From Podarcis pityusensis (taxonomy: Eukaryota): a DNA stretch of 64,000 nucleotides. A model generated the notes under the pieces. The model worked only from the letters and a program-made list of their open reading frames with translations, had not been told where the DNA came from and made no database searches. Position numbers and translations under genes: made by a program. Each line of letters opens with the position of its first letter. Position 1 is the first letter of the stretch. Shown here piece after piece: positions 26,046 through 39,410 of the stretch. Location: NCBI GenBank assembly GCA_964106645.2, contig OZ067041.1. One strand, written 5' to 3'.

Positions 26046-26123
26046 CAGGGACAAATTCAGGGACTGAAAACACCACAGCGAGAACTGGCAGTGTGAAAGC
26101 CCAGGTGGCCAGTTCTGATGACC
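26046..26123 (+). CDS. Candidate TAB3 cassette exon (78 nt)
   Basis: Acceptor cccctcttgtag and an open phase 1 to 1 frame AGTNSGTENTTARTGSVKAQVASSDD. The donor C|gtgtga is weak. It sits where mammalian TAB3 has an extra segment (from recall). Confidence 0.4.
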
Positions 26124-27351
26124 GTGTGATCAAATAATGAATCAATTAATCTTCCTGTCTCTTTTCTTTCCTCTCCCCTGCTTTTCATGTTCATTATAGT
26201 TGGACACATCTTACAGAAATTTCTGTTCACCTAAACCCTTATCATCGTTTCACCGTGGCTCTGTTGGACAACCTACAGTCATTTGGGAAAACTAACACAG
26301 CTTAAAAATAAATCTGTGAAATGTGATTGCCATAAGTCAGCCCTATGGATATTTCCAGAAGAATAGAGGATGTACATTATATAACCTAAAGAACTTGATG
26401 CCAAGTGCTAAAATAATACACAAAAGGATGTTTGTGGCTTTCTGCCAAGTATTAGCTACAGTAATTTGATAGTGCTTTGATAGTGCTTTGACAATGTAGC
26501 ATGAATGTTTAAACACTGATGTTGCATCATTTAACCTTTTACGGAAGACACAGGACATACGTACTACATACTTCTCCCTACATTCATTTTGCTATCACTC
26601 TAAAAAATGCTTGCTAATGTGAGGGTAGGTGGCTATAGTAAGCCGTTTGTGAGGAACTGAGGGCATAAAAGAGAGGCAACATTAAAGCCTCTCTTGATAT
26701 CTAGTGGCAAAATTTGAACAGCATGGAAAACATAGGACACTTGAGTAAGCAAATTATCTTTGGCTTAACTTTGTGGTTTTGTGCCAAATCTTACTGTGAC
26801 AAATTCATTCTGGTTGAATTCACATGGGTGTAAATAGATTCGTCTCACACATGACTGAAACAATAAGGTATGAAGTAGGTATGAAAGTAATGCAGTATAG
26901 GGATTTGTAGATGCTATAGAATAATTAATGATATAATGAAGTTATGGCAGTGGTAATGTTCTGTATCATGCCGAACATCTAGGGGACCAGAGTAATGTTT
27001 GCTATACATTCAGAAGCTGCCTGGTCCATCTCCTCCTTGCAAAGAAGAGCAAGAAGTAAATGGTAGTGTTTAATGTTAACCTGCGCCTTAGTAGTGATAT
27101 CTTCCAGACTGGGGTCCCATACTATGCTCTGACATAGCCTCATAATGCTGGGATGTAGACCATGTCTAAGAAACACTTTATAACTGAAATATTTTGTGTG
27201 TTTTGGCCTCCCCTGGGAACAAAGGTAAAATCAGAGGTGGATAACAATGTGGTTCCAAAATGTTAAAACTTCAGTAGTCTTATTATATTATCATGCATGG
27301 CTTTGGTGTGTTTTAAAACTGAAGAGTTTAAAAGAAAATATTTCTCTGTAG

Positions 27352-27500
27352 ATCATCAGAGAAGTTCCAAGCAAGCTCCACGATCACAGCCAAGAGACGA
27401 AGACTTTGAAGGAGCTCCGTGGAATTGTAAGAGCTGTACTTTTTTAAACCACCCAGCAATGAATCGCTGTGAGCAATGTGAAATGCCACGGTATGCCTGA
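27352..27500 (+). CDS. TAB3: TAB3 last coding exon (NZF/RanBP2-type zinc finger)
   Basis: [49 protein letters not shown], matching W-x-C-x2-C-TF-x-N-x6-C-x2-C. Acceptor tttctctgtag. Confidence 0.98.
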
Positions 27501-30500
27501 ATCCATAAAGGTCTGCTTTGGATTAAAAACAGGCTCTTGAGGACACAGCCATAGGAGACGAATATATGAGACACCTTTCAGTCATCTGCCAGGCGTTTGC
27601 CAGCCAATTATTTCAAATTATAAGGGAGAGATCCCCCTTCCATTCATGCTGCACTAAATAATAGTTTGGGGAAAATACTCTTATCCCACTGCGTTGAGCA
27701 AGACTGAAAGGATACCCAAAATGGATTCCCTCTGTGAAGAATGTATAAGGAATCAGATGATTGCTGCTGTTCTAGCCCCTATAATTACATTTGCTGGGTA
27801 GTAGCCCTTATATATATATATATTTTTATAAGCATAGAACTATTACTTTGTGGTGTGAAGTGTTACAGGTATCCAGACAAACTGTGAAGAACCAGATCTG
27901 ATAATCTGGCCACAGCCGTTTGGAAAACAAAGACTCCCTATGTTTCCAGATTGTAAACTACTGAAAAAGAAGGAAGGTGTTTTTCTTTTTTGGGGGGGGG
28001 GAGGTGGGGGTGGGCAAAAAAAGTAAAAAATAAGGATATTTGTAAATGCTGCTTTTTTCAGGGTAATTTAATTCTACACAAATGCTGTTTTGAAATTGTC
28101 GATCATGGTGAGGAGGGAGACGTACTGTATGAGCCTTATTTATAGAGTACAATCAGAGGTGATTTTACAATCCCTTTTGCTTGTACAGCACTCACCAAGT
28201 CATGTTAACACTGGTAATTAAGTAATTATATCATATTACAGAGGAAAAAAATAGTGCTGCATGCTTTTATTAGGCCATTGTGTTTTAAAGCTAAAAGTAA
28301 ATTATGCTTTTATAAACAACGTTCCCTTAAAACTGTGCTTGATGACAGTAGAGTGGACGTATGCCAAATGCAGAACTATTCCAAATTCTTTTTGGAAGAC
28401 TTGAGCTCAGCCATTGTTATGTATGAGAAGTGTTTGCACCCTTTTCCTTAGGCCTTTTCAGCTTCCAATTATGTGAAGAATTCATTATGTTTACAGCACA
28501 GAAGGTACTTTGTGCCCCCATTCTGATTTAGCTGAAAAACAGTAATCAATATTAGCTCTTCAATAAAGGTTTATTTGCACACTGTCAATAAACCAGTCTG
28601 TATTAATTAGTAAGAGCAGCAGATCTTTAAATGCATTTTTTTAATAAAAAAAATTGGGCAGTTAATAGGCATAAACAAAACAAAACAAAGTGGAATTGTA
28701 CTGGTACTTTTATGCATCTGATTATTATAAAGAGGATGTTTGATTTGTTTGAGTGCTAGGTTGCTGAAATAAAGCACTCTTTTTGTGAAGGTTTCTTGGT
28801 TTTGAAGTTGAGTCATTCTATAACAAAACTGTTCAAGAACAGTCAGACTGTTATTTTCCTCACTGATAAAGCACTGGAACAATGTGTGTAATTTCTTGCA
28901 CTCTTCAATTATATTACTCCAAATACTTGCACCTTGTGCAAGCAAGTTTCACATCTTGCCCATGTAATAAGATGTAGAGGTTGTCCATGCAAAGTGGAAT
29001 TTATCTGGTATGTAAAATCTTACTGATTTATATCAAACAGCAAAGGAACACAGTGAAGTGAAAGGAACCAGTGTTGAGATTTCTTTTCTAAAGTCATGAC
29101 TTTGACACTTACAAATATGACTGCTGAACATCCTGATGAAATTTTAAGAATTCTACTGCTCTAATTAACAATTCAGTTATGGAATTGTTTTGTTCTTAGG
29201 AAATGGAAAAACAAAGAGATAAGAAGCATGGGGTTTTTCAGTTAAATTGCATCATGTGTTTGTAACACTTGCCATGATTTCATATTGATCCTCTTGCCTT
29301 CTTTGAACATAAGCTCCCGTTTGGCACTATTAGGTGCTGCCATTGGTGAGGAAACTGAAGTCATTTGAGTTATGAGTAGAGAGCATGTTTGAAAGGTATG
29401 TACCACTTTTTCATACCTGTGTGACTTGAATGGTTTTTGGTTGGGGAGTGCTAACCTATCACTTCTGGGTGCAATCCACTATAAGTGCATGCTTTCTGAA
29501 GTCAGTCAGTGTAAGTCCTACAGGGTCTTTGCTGTAAGCATACAGCTCTGTGCTTTTAGGCTTTCCCTGTTTCATTTTTTTTGGTAGGGAATGCTCTACT
29601 GCACGTATTATTTCCGTATTATGTGAACAGTATTTTCTGACTCATGGGAGATAACAGGGAAGATACATATATAAATTGCAGTACTGCATGGTGGATCTGT
29701 GACCGTGTTGTTATGGAGACCTATTTCCTTTTACTCATAGTTTTACTTGTGGAGTAGAAGGTGAGAACGTAGTTTGTTGTGGGGGAGATGGTAGCTAGTG
29801 GTCATGTTGATTCTTAGGAGAAAACGTTAAACTAATCAGTTACACTCGTTGATTCTGCAAAAAAAAATCAAACAAAAGCAAAACTAGCGTACATGCTGCA
29901 AAAAAGCTGCTGCAAAACTGTTGTAAATATCCACACTGTAAAACTGATGATGGTAATAAAACTAATTTTCATCTGGAAGTTATATACGAGCATTAGGTAT
30001 CAATTTCCACTTGGAATTCACTTGTGAATAGGTGACACCAACCAAAGTGGGTTTAGGTTATGCCAGAATAAATGTTGATTGCATAAAACCTTTGGTTAAT
30101 GTGTGAAAGACCCCATGATACTAAATGCAGTGCAGTGTATACAACTTCGAATGTGCACATCTGTGTGTGATGGGCGTTTGAGGTCATCATGAATATTTAA
30201 AATGCACTACTTCTTAGTAACAGCTGGTCTTTTCCTTGCCCATAGAACTTGGGTCAGTACAGGGAGTACCCTTATTGGATGCTAGTTATTCAAGACTGTC
30301 CAGTTTCTCAAGTAAATGTCTGTTTATAAATGCCTGTTTTATATTTAACTGCTGGTAAAATGATTCCCCTTTCCATATAAAATATAAAAGCTCCTCCAAG
30401 TTTTAGTCAATAGAATAGCTTGTGGAAAACATTGGAATATACTATAGCATACAAAAATTAAATCCTGTACTTGGATATATGATATTGCTATCAAGCTAGC

Positions 30501-31490
30501 TTGCGTAGCAAAGGAGGGGCTAAGAAAGCAACGAGAAAATGTTTTGTGAAATAGATCAACTTGAGAAGTGTGTTTGTGTGTCTGTGGTATGTGTGTATTT
30601 CCCCGTTATGGCAGATGTGTGAAGCAAGTATATTTTTTAAAGAGCTGGTCTCAGTCATACTACTAAGTCAATGTTTCTTTCAGTTGTGTTATGCTCCATT
30701 TATGTACTGTTCCTTCACTTCCCCACCCCTTTGATTATAAATCTCTTTAAAATTTCTTGGATTTAGTCTTTTTGAAGACATTTTTTTTTTAATTTTAAAG
30801 ATGATGAAAAGTTTAAACATGCTGATGGCTAATGGTATTGTGATCTTGGCTTGATAAACTTTTAACACAAGAAGCCTGAAACATGTAATTTGAAATACAA
30901 AATTTTACAGTGTAGTTATTGAAGTATCCAGCCGGACTCTCAATTCCTCTGTCACCTGCTCAGGTGCTATGAGTCTACAGAGAGCTGAAAATGTGCGCAG
31001 AAATAAATGCATATTATAGCCAACGCTGCCTCTGTGTGCTATCTGTTTTTCCAAATAATTGTTCGAAGTTGATATGTATTTGAGCTATTGACATCTTGTT
31101 TCTGTTATTACTGAGAGGTCTTCTTGTTTTTGAAACGAGCAAAGGCCAAGAGTCAAGCAATATTCTAATTCTCAAGACCTTTGAACAAACTTTTGAATTG
31201 TGTTATCTGTGACAAAGCCAATGTATCTGATCTATACTTTTTGCTCTGTTGAAGTCCTGTTAATTTTTTTCACTATAAAACAAAAACCACGATCTTTTGA
31301 AATCCTGTAAATAGGGTGTTCCTTACATTCTAGATTTATGTATGCTGTGAATGGAAACAATTACTGCAAGATGAAATGTGTAAAGGCATTAAGAGGCTAT
31401 GCATGCATGGGACCTCGGAATGACATATACTGGGAGCTGCAGTTTCCTAAAATAAAATAAAAAATCAATAAACTAAGAAAATGTAACATC
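27501..31490 (+). other. Probable long TAB3 3' UTR
   Basis: AT-rich stretch without recognisable transposons, ending at clustered AATAAA (31451, 31456, 31467). Proximal AATAAA at 28562 and 28587. The true end is inferred. Confidence 0.6.
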
Positions 31491-33362
31491 CTGCATTTGT
31501 TTCCATATGTAGTAAGAAACCTTTTAAAATACTTCTTGCTGTGTCATCTACTCTATCAACTTCATGCGGATTCTTTCTCCGTAAGTAACTGCTGTATTAT
31601 ACATTCTAACCAGAAAATCAGTGCCTATCTTGTTTGGTGACTACATTAAACTTGGATCTCCACCGTGAAGAAGAAAAAATGTGTTTTGGTCTTGTCAGTT
31701 TCCAGTGAATCTGTGGAACTCCATAAAAGTCAAAATTAGGTACCTGGTTATCATCTTACAGAAATGGTGTCTCATTGTTTATGAACATCAGAAGTTTTTG
31801 AATTATAGTTGCTAAAGGAACTCTTGCATTTTAATATCCAATGCAGATATTTCACATTTGATCGTGCATGGGAGTTACATAAAGGTATCTATATCAAATT
31901 CCTAGGTTGTTGCAGAAAGAATAAATTTGGTTGCTAGATAAGAAATGACACCTTAACCATTAAAAACTCTTGCTTTGTAATCTTCAGGCTTCCACATTTC
32001 AGTCACAAGGTGCAACTAAGCACACCATCAGCTGCTTCTATAGGTTGCTGAACTGATGCTAGCTAACATTTCAGCATGGCTGAGATCCACAGTGAGCTAA
32101 AGGATCTTTAGCAAAAATCTGCTCCCTCAGGCTGTATCCTTAACTATGGTTCCGTCTTACACAGGAACCAAAGCCAAGGCACTATTACCATAAAATCATT
32201 TTAGATTCAGTGTTTGCCGTCAGAACTTACTTGCAGGTAGCTTTGGACAGGGCAGAGGGTAACTTAGATAATGTTAACATGAGTAGTGCAAGGGAGGGCT
32301 GAAGTTAATCAGCTGGGGCTGTTTCAGGTGCCTTGTTTTTTGGTCTCCCTTAGGTAACATAAGCCCAGTGCCTTGCCTATGATCTGAGCTGAAGCACAAG
32401 AGCCAAAGGACTCTTAGTTAGGGCTGGGCAAAATCCTTGTTTAGAATACTTGGGGCTGCTATTGTTGCCATTTTATGATGTCACTTCACTATTTCATCAT
32501 AGATCCAGCAGGTCCAAGTACAGTTCAAGCCAAGTGGTGAATTAGGAGCTTGGTAGATAAAATATATGTAATCATGTCTTCTGAACCTATGGCTGATAAA
32601 TATCAAATTCCAAACAATGTAAGCTAGGTCCGTTTTTACAACCAGTGAATAATAAATTCTCATGCCTAGTCAGATATACCAGCTCCTTCGTACTTAGATG
32701 AAGGACTTTTCTATTACTACTGCTATCAGGAAAAGGTTCTAACTCTCGCCAGGCACTCTGTTATGACTGGTGAAATGGTACAGTTGATTTAGAAGAGCCT
32801 GAAAACTAGCTAAAATTTATTTTCATACACCAGTACTGTGAACTGTGAACCCAAAGAGGGAGAAGTTGTTTACAAATGTGCTCCCAACCATGGTAGATTC
32901 AATTCAGCAAGTTTGTGATAAGCATTTCTCTAATTTTCAGAGGGATAGCTGTATTAGTCCGCTGTAGCTATTTATGAATGGTGGAAGAATCCAGATTCTT
33001 TGCTATCTTGGGGTCATTTGCTATCTGGGCTTACTTCTTGTACACAGAGGCTATCCTAGCCATGCCTTCAGGTACATTTTTTTTTAAGTGGGGGTGGCGG
33101 AAGCAGCAACAACTGTATCTGCAGTTATGATTGCATATTTTTCCTAATGGAAAATCATGGAAATCACTTCAGCTGTTTTTGTTTACCACTTTGTTCATGT
33201 GTTTCCATTCTCTGTAAAAATATGTAAGCAATCATAAGCTTGATTGCTCTACATGGAAAGGAAAATAAATTGTTTTAAATCAGTTCATTGGGGGAATTCA
33301 TACCTATTATGACTTGAGTCCAGATGTTTGCTGTTTGCATTTTCAGTAATAGTACAACTAGT

Positions 33363-33368
33363 TTTATT
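33363..33368 (-). terminator. Candidate polyadenylation signal (AATAAA) of the CAP-Gly gene
   Basis: TTTATT on the + strand, ~170 nt past the stop codon at 33538. Confidence 0.5.
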
Positions 33369-33537
33369 TTCCAAAAAATACAATACTATAAAATGCTCAA
33401 ATACAACTTAATAAAAATGGAAGAAATACACTGATGAACAGAGTTCTAAACACTTTGTTTCTTCTTTGCACCAGAAGCACAATATATTGGAAGGCTTTAA
33501 AGTCCATGCATTCATTGTTCAGGATGTAGTGGAATCG

Positions 33538-33595
33538 TTATTCCCAGGCAATAATGATTTTGCTGAAGTTAACAAAAACTCCTTTGTTAGGTGCA
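33538..33595 (-). CDS. Uncharacterised CAP-Gly protein, last exon (end of CAP-Gly domain)
   Basis: Acceptor tttgttttccag. Phase 2 entry gives (C)APNKGVFVNFSKIIIAWE*, completing the YFxCxxxxGxFV CAP-Gly motif. Confidence 0.93.
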
Positions 33596-33870
33596 CTGGA
33601 AAACAAATTTTGAAAGTCAGTAATGTGGATATGGTTCTTTGACATGACTTTTTTACGACATAAAGTTAACTAACCAACAAGAGTTACAAACTCGGTGAAA
33701 GTTACTTCGATGGTCATGCAAACAGAAATCTGCTGCTGGACAGTGTTTTCTGTTTGGATTCTAAAAGGCCACAATTTAAAGACAACAAAGACATTTCTGC
33801 ATGACAGGGGAAAAATGCACAATTTTCTGTTAGTTGGAAACCCTTTACTATCTTTTAATTGTGACTTTAG

Positions 33871-33890
33871 TCTCTCTCTCTCTGTCTCTG

Positions 33891-33926
<36 letters not shown>

Positions 33927-33959
33927 TCTCTTTTTCTTTCTCTCTCCCCCCCCCCCCCC
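33871..33959. repeat. Compound (TC)n/(TCTCTG)n/poly-C microsatellite
   Basis: Seen directly. Confidence 0.9.
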
Positions 33960-36096
33960 GGGTGGAATATCTTTGCTGTTGAGGATAGTTTCCGTTTCAC
34001 CACTTTATCACCTATACTCTGGGAGATACAATAGTGGAGATGTATACTGTAGCACTGGTAGAGACAGGAAAAAATAAATTGAGGAAAGGATCAAGAAATG
34101 ATAAGGCATTGCTGAAAGTAGATATCAGGATTATTTGAGGGGATAGATAAACGCTCCCTGCAGCAATGAAGTTACAGCCATTGCTCAGGCGGTAAAGCTA
34201 GTATTAAAATTTGAAGAACACAGCATGGTTCAGACTTGGAATGGAGATACAAATTGCTAGAGATGGCCAATATGGTGCCTTCTAGGTGTTGGACTACAGC
34301 TCAGCAGGGATGCTGAGAGTTGTAGCTTAGCAACATCTGGAAAGCACTATTTTGGCTATTCCTGTTATAGGTTGTAGTTAATAGGCGATACATGCACTGT
34401 TCCAGTCACACAAAACTCTGAGGTTTCCAGCAATTTAAAAGCACTCATTTTTTACGTACTAGTTTTGTCCCCAGAAACTCCAGGAAAGCAAAGCCAGCTA
34501 ATGTTTTGAAAAGTGCACAAGCAAGAATACACACAACTCAGCTCCCTCTTAATTATTTTAAGTTATGAAAAAGCAAGACACAAGCCCCCATGCTTCCCTG
34601 AACTTGAAAATATTAAACTAATATGGATTTTGGAGTTTTAGTTGGCCTAGCAAATGCATTGCCCTAATACTGATTATGGAGAATGTGAGTTCCTTTTACA
34701 CCCCCCACAGAAGCCTCTGGCAGGCTTAATCTAGTCTGGAGGAGTTCTGCAAAGATTTATGCAGTCTGAAGAAAAACTAGAGGGTTCATGCACTTGCAAA
34801 TTTCAGCAACTTCTGCCAAAAAGAAGGAAAAGTAATTTTTAGATTCACCATAAGAATGAATTTGTTTTATACAAAGTGCCTCTGAACCCAAAGCACAGAA
34901 TGAAGTGGAAAGAACAACTCAGGTATATATATATATATATATATATATGCGCATGCACAAATATAAGGTGAATCTTGGGCTCATGCACACATCTTGTGTT
35001 TATAGAGCTACTTTAAACTATAGAATTTCTGAGTGCAAGCTTTTCTCTCTAGTGATGCACGAAGCAATTTGTTCTTTAGAATTTTCATAATGTCCATTAT
35101 ATAAAGGAAGTTCTCAGACATTTATAATACATAGATATAAAATAATTGATTAGAGGCAGAAAGTGGGCAGGAACAGGCATATATAGAGTGCCAGGAAAAC
35201 ATTACATTTTCAGGATTTTTCTCCTACATCCATTGCAATGCTTAATAGCACCAGTAAAACTTTTTTTTAGATTTATTACCCACTTCACCAGACAGACACA
35301 GGATGAGATACAAACAGTTTAAAACGAATTACAATCACAACGAGAGTGGGTTCTAGAAATATGTAATAATGCATAATGAAGGTGCCAGACACCTCTGTTG
35401 GGAGGGAATTCCAAACCTGCCACAATTATGGGAGTCAAACATTTAATACCTTGTAGTTGATGGTGTAAAGCATTTACACATGTTTTAAGTTGCGAATGGT
35501 GCATTTACAAAGCTCTGTGAGAATAATGCTTTTTAAATGTTTGATAACAGCACATTAATTTGCCATCACTCCAAATTAGGAGTACAAGGCATGGTTACTG
35601 TTTGATAAAGTGCAAAAAAATGTGAAATTCTAGTCTTGATGAGGTGGTGATACAGGATTTCCCACATACTTTGCTTTTTCCATATCTTGCAGGTGGGAGG
35701 ATGCAAGGTACTTGCATTCACACTGATATCAATGCTTAACACAATTTGCTACAGACAGTAGCTAAATCCTGAAGCTCTCATCAATAAAAAGTGAACTTAC
35801 TGCTATTGTTAGTTACATTCTAAGGAGCATGCCACGAACCCTGTCCTCACCAGTAATATATTCAATTGAGTAGTATAGCTTTTGTAATGTTGTATTTTGC
35901 ACAATACTTCAAAACCACAAACTTGCCAACACACATTTGTGATCCATTAGTGGTTGCATATTATGCACGGTAAAGGTAAAATGTTGAACAAGAAGACTGT
36001 GAAATTGCTTTATTTCTGCCCCTGGGGAAAATTGGGTTCGGGGTGGGAAAGGAAGATCTCAAATATACTATTGCCAGGTAGAAGAGTAAACATTAC

Positions 36097-36333
36097 CAAA
36101 GAAAGTAGCGTGTTCCTTGAAAAGTTCCATCATGCCTTCCTATTTGATCCCCTTCCAGCTCTATTCCAAGGTAGTCCTCTTCTCTCCCCAAAAGTGGTCC
36201 CAAATACTTAACAGTTCCCTTGCTGATTTTTCCTGCTGGGCATGAAAATTTCACTAGGTTTCCAACTTTCAAGTCTGTAACATTCCTGGGTGCAAATGGT
36301 CGTCTTGATAGTGCCGCCTTATCTAGACAAATC
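36097..36333 (-). CDS. Uncharacterised CAP-Gly protein, main CAP-Gly exon
   Basis: Acceptor aactttttatcccag, 237 nt, phase 2 to 2. Reads (R)ICLDKAALSRRPFAPRNVTDLKVGNLVKFSCPAGKISKGTVKYLGPLLGREEDYLGIELEGDQIGRHDGTFQGTRYFL(C). Donor TG|gtaatg. Confidence 0.95.
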
Positions 36334-38615
36334 CTGGGATAAAAAGTTGTAGAAAATCAATAGCTTTCCTTTAAAACGTAAGAGTCCTTTTTTTTTTGGT
36401 ACTCCAGCACAACTTTATTATTCAGACTCTTCATGATAACCAAAGAATCCTACATATCTTATGAACAAACTAGACATGACAGGGGAAACCTGGGACTGAA
36501 TCTCCCAACAACTTTTTGCAGAAACAAAATTGGATTGGGCCATGTTGCTGAGTGTTTACCCTCACAATTCCATTTCCTTCAGTCAGTGCCCCCTACCCCC
36601 AAGCCAATGTTAATTTGTAGGAAGCGCAAGGATAGACACCTATATTGTTCCCATCTTCTTCCCATTCTAGGGATAATCACAGTTCTGTAAATTTTTAAAT
36701 AGGAGAAATGCCCACAGGGGGAAATGATGGGTACAAAATGGGTGCCCATAGTTATCTCTCCTCTTCCTTGACAGCTTCACTGGATGGTATTTATATCGGT
36801 GAAATGACATGCAAGAAAATGGTTACACACCTCTCCCATAGTACTGTGGTTCTTGTACAATTTGTGGATCCACACTGCTGGTTTAAAGTGTATAAAAATA
36901 CCTGAGATGTGATCACAGATCTCTCACATCATGTCTACTTTGGCCCTTACAGGTACCTGAGAAAAACAGTTGTTTTCCTTGAACTTAAGTAAAAGAGCCA
37001 TGATTTTTTTTGGGGGGGGGGGTAACAATAACATCTGTTCAAATTCTTTATTCTAACATCATGTGGGAATCTTCATGCACAAAATTAGGGGACAGCTGGC
37101 TGCTATTTGGTCTGCAGAAGAAACAAGACACAGCCCTGCTATTCTGATGTAAGCCACAGCTCTGATGTTACAGGGAAGTTGCAAGAAAAATCTTTTATGT
37201 AGCAGGTTCTTTCAACTTCAACCAGTGGTAGCTGCTGTACACATTTTAACAAAATCAAACTCCTCTCTTGGCAAAACTTACTCTGTGTTTTAAACGGTAG
37301 TGATACATGAAAGAGACTGAGGACAAGCTGCTTCATTTGTCTCTAGGAAAGCAAGGAATTAATTATTATCCTTGTAAAGTATTTGTAAAGTAAAATCCTT
37401 GCAGTATTTGTGGAAGATTTGGATTTAGGTTTGTCCATGCCTCTCTTTAATAGCATTATAGAAGGTCTTTTTAACAACATTGCAGGACAGATAAGAAAGG
37501 CAAAGGAGGAGGCAGAGATCTAAAATGCTGTATGTGGGTCATGGAAGGGTCCTGGTCAGAAATAGAATATCGGTCATTGTTTTTAAGTGCTTTTATTCTA
37601 TGGTTTTGCCATAGGATCACCAGGTTTAATGAAGGGTGGGATAGAAATGAAATAGATTTTCACTGTACATAGCTTTGCCTTTTTTATGTGGAAATTGCAG
37701 AAATAAAGGGCCATATTCCCTCATGGCCAACTTTTCAAAGCCTGCATTCACGTGGTGTTAGGTCCAAAGGCAAAAGTGGGTGCAGCAATGGAAAAAATGC
37801 TTTATAAAATATGACACGTTCCAGACACACAAAGCCAAAGGCTTCTGCATGCACAGGCCCCTCTCTATTGCACCAAGCAGGCAAGCAAGGGGCATTAGCA
37901 CAACTCGAGGGCACATTCCACTCCAGCAGAATTACTTAGAGGGCGTGGAGTAGGGCTGGTGAGGTGTGTGACCTAGGGAGAGTCCTGAAGGGTTAGGGGT
38001 CCCCTTCCCCTGTGCTAAAGAGAATATTTGGTGGTGATCTTTTCCTGTCATTTGTAATGTTAAAACCATCATGCAGTAGGCTTGGATTGAGATTTAGGTA
38101 TGTTTTAGTGCCTATCTTGGTTTTGGCTTACTTAGCATTAAGGGACCCCCTATGCTACTGCTTCCCCTCCTATTCAGTGGATTTGCTGTGGCAGTCAGTG
38201 TACCCACAGTTGTCAATGCAACACCTGCCACTCATTCAGTTCCACGTAGTTCTCACAGCCCTACCTTTCTGAAGTGAGCCTAGCATTATAGCCATAAATT
38301 GAAACAATCCTAGCTGTTGCGTCTTGGAGCGCACAAAAGATCATGATTGATCTCATCTAATGTGCTGGCTGACATCTATACACAATCAGAGCAAAGGGGA
38401 AAGTCAGTCCTTGATCTTGTGATGAGCTCAAGCCCAGCAGACATGTTTCAGTGCTTTCCTGCTTTAGCTAGACTGTTGCTGAAGAGTTACTTGACCTTTT
38501 TGCATTCATTAAGTTGGCAGTACTACACAGTGTGGGGTCTCAACCTTTTTCTTTACAGCAGAAAACTACCGGTACATTTACAACACAATCATATTCACAT
38601 CCATTCAATTCTTAC

Positions 38616-38775
38616 CTGTTTGGATAATATTTATTGCAAGTGTCCACTTGAGAGACACCACTCGAAGATGAACTTGAGATGCTTTGATCATAGTTCTCAT
38701 GACTTGTTTGATTGTGTTGAGTAATGCAAGGAAAGTTGATGCTGCTCGCCTTTGTGACCTCTTCAGATGCATCAT
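38616..38775 (-). CDS. Uncharacterised CAP-Gly protein, Ser-rich linker exon
   Basis: 160 nt, phase 1 to 2. DASEEVTKASSINFPCITQHNQTSHENYDQSISSSSSSGVSQVDTCNKYYPN. Donor AG|gtaaga, and the phase matches the CAP-Gly exon. Confidence 0.8.
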
Positions 38776-39410
38776 CTTGATTAAAAAATAAATAAATTAC
38801 ACTGCAGACGTCTGATCTCCCTGGAGACCAAGAGATGTGATGATAGACTGCTCTGCCTCCTTTCTTTTAGCAAATGTTTGTGCCACTGGGGAAGTGGTAA
38901 TTCTGCATTGATTTGTTTTGGATGTTGTATGTGATGCCAATAAAAGGTTTACGAAATACGATTAAAAAAACATTAAAAAGCTGCTCGAAAATTTGGGTCA
39001 AATCTAGTTGCAAGGTTTTGTTCAAGGATGCCCAACTCAAATAGGTAATGTGGAACCAGTTCCCTACCAACAGATGCTCAGGGAATATTCTATAATTTTG
39101 TGTGCAAAAAACTAAAAAACCTTATCTCACCTCAGATACTTAAGTTGTAAAATTCTAGATATTTATCCTGGAAACCATTAAAGTGCATCAATCCATGGTT
39201 TGTTTGGTTGTTGTTTTTTACGAAAAATGCTAGAACACTGTAATTTGCATAGCCTGCTCCAGTGCAATCAGTTTGATCAAATGTCTCTTTACTTGCCACA
39301 CTTCTTGAACCCATATCGCTAATTTGAAAGGGGACAAGGGAAGAGACACTGATGTGGCCTCAGTCATTGGCTAGTCTGCTTCATAGCCCTGGAGATGTCA
39401 TTGGACGTAC

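Noticed and set aside
37281-37342. Exon-like segment on the - strand (tttcctag ... gtaagt; RQMKQLVLSLFHVSLPFKTQ)
   Set aside because: Entered in phase 2 from exon 38616 it hits TGA immediately, and 38616 splices in frame directly to 36333.
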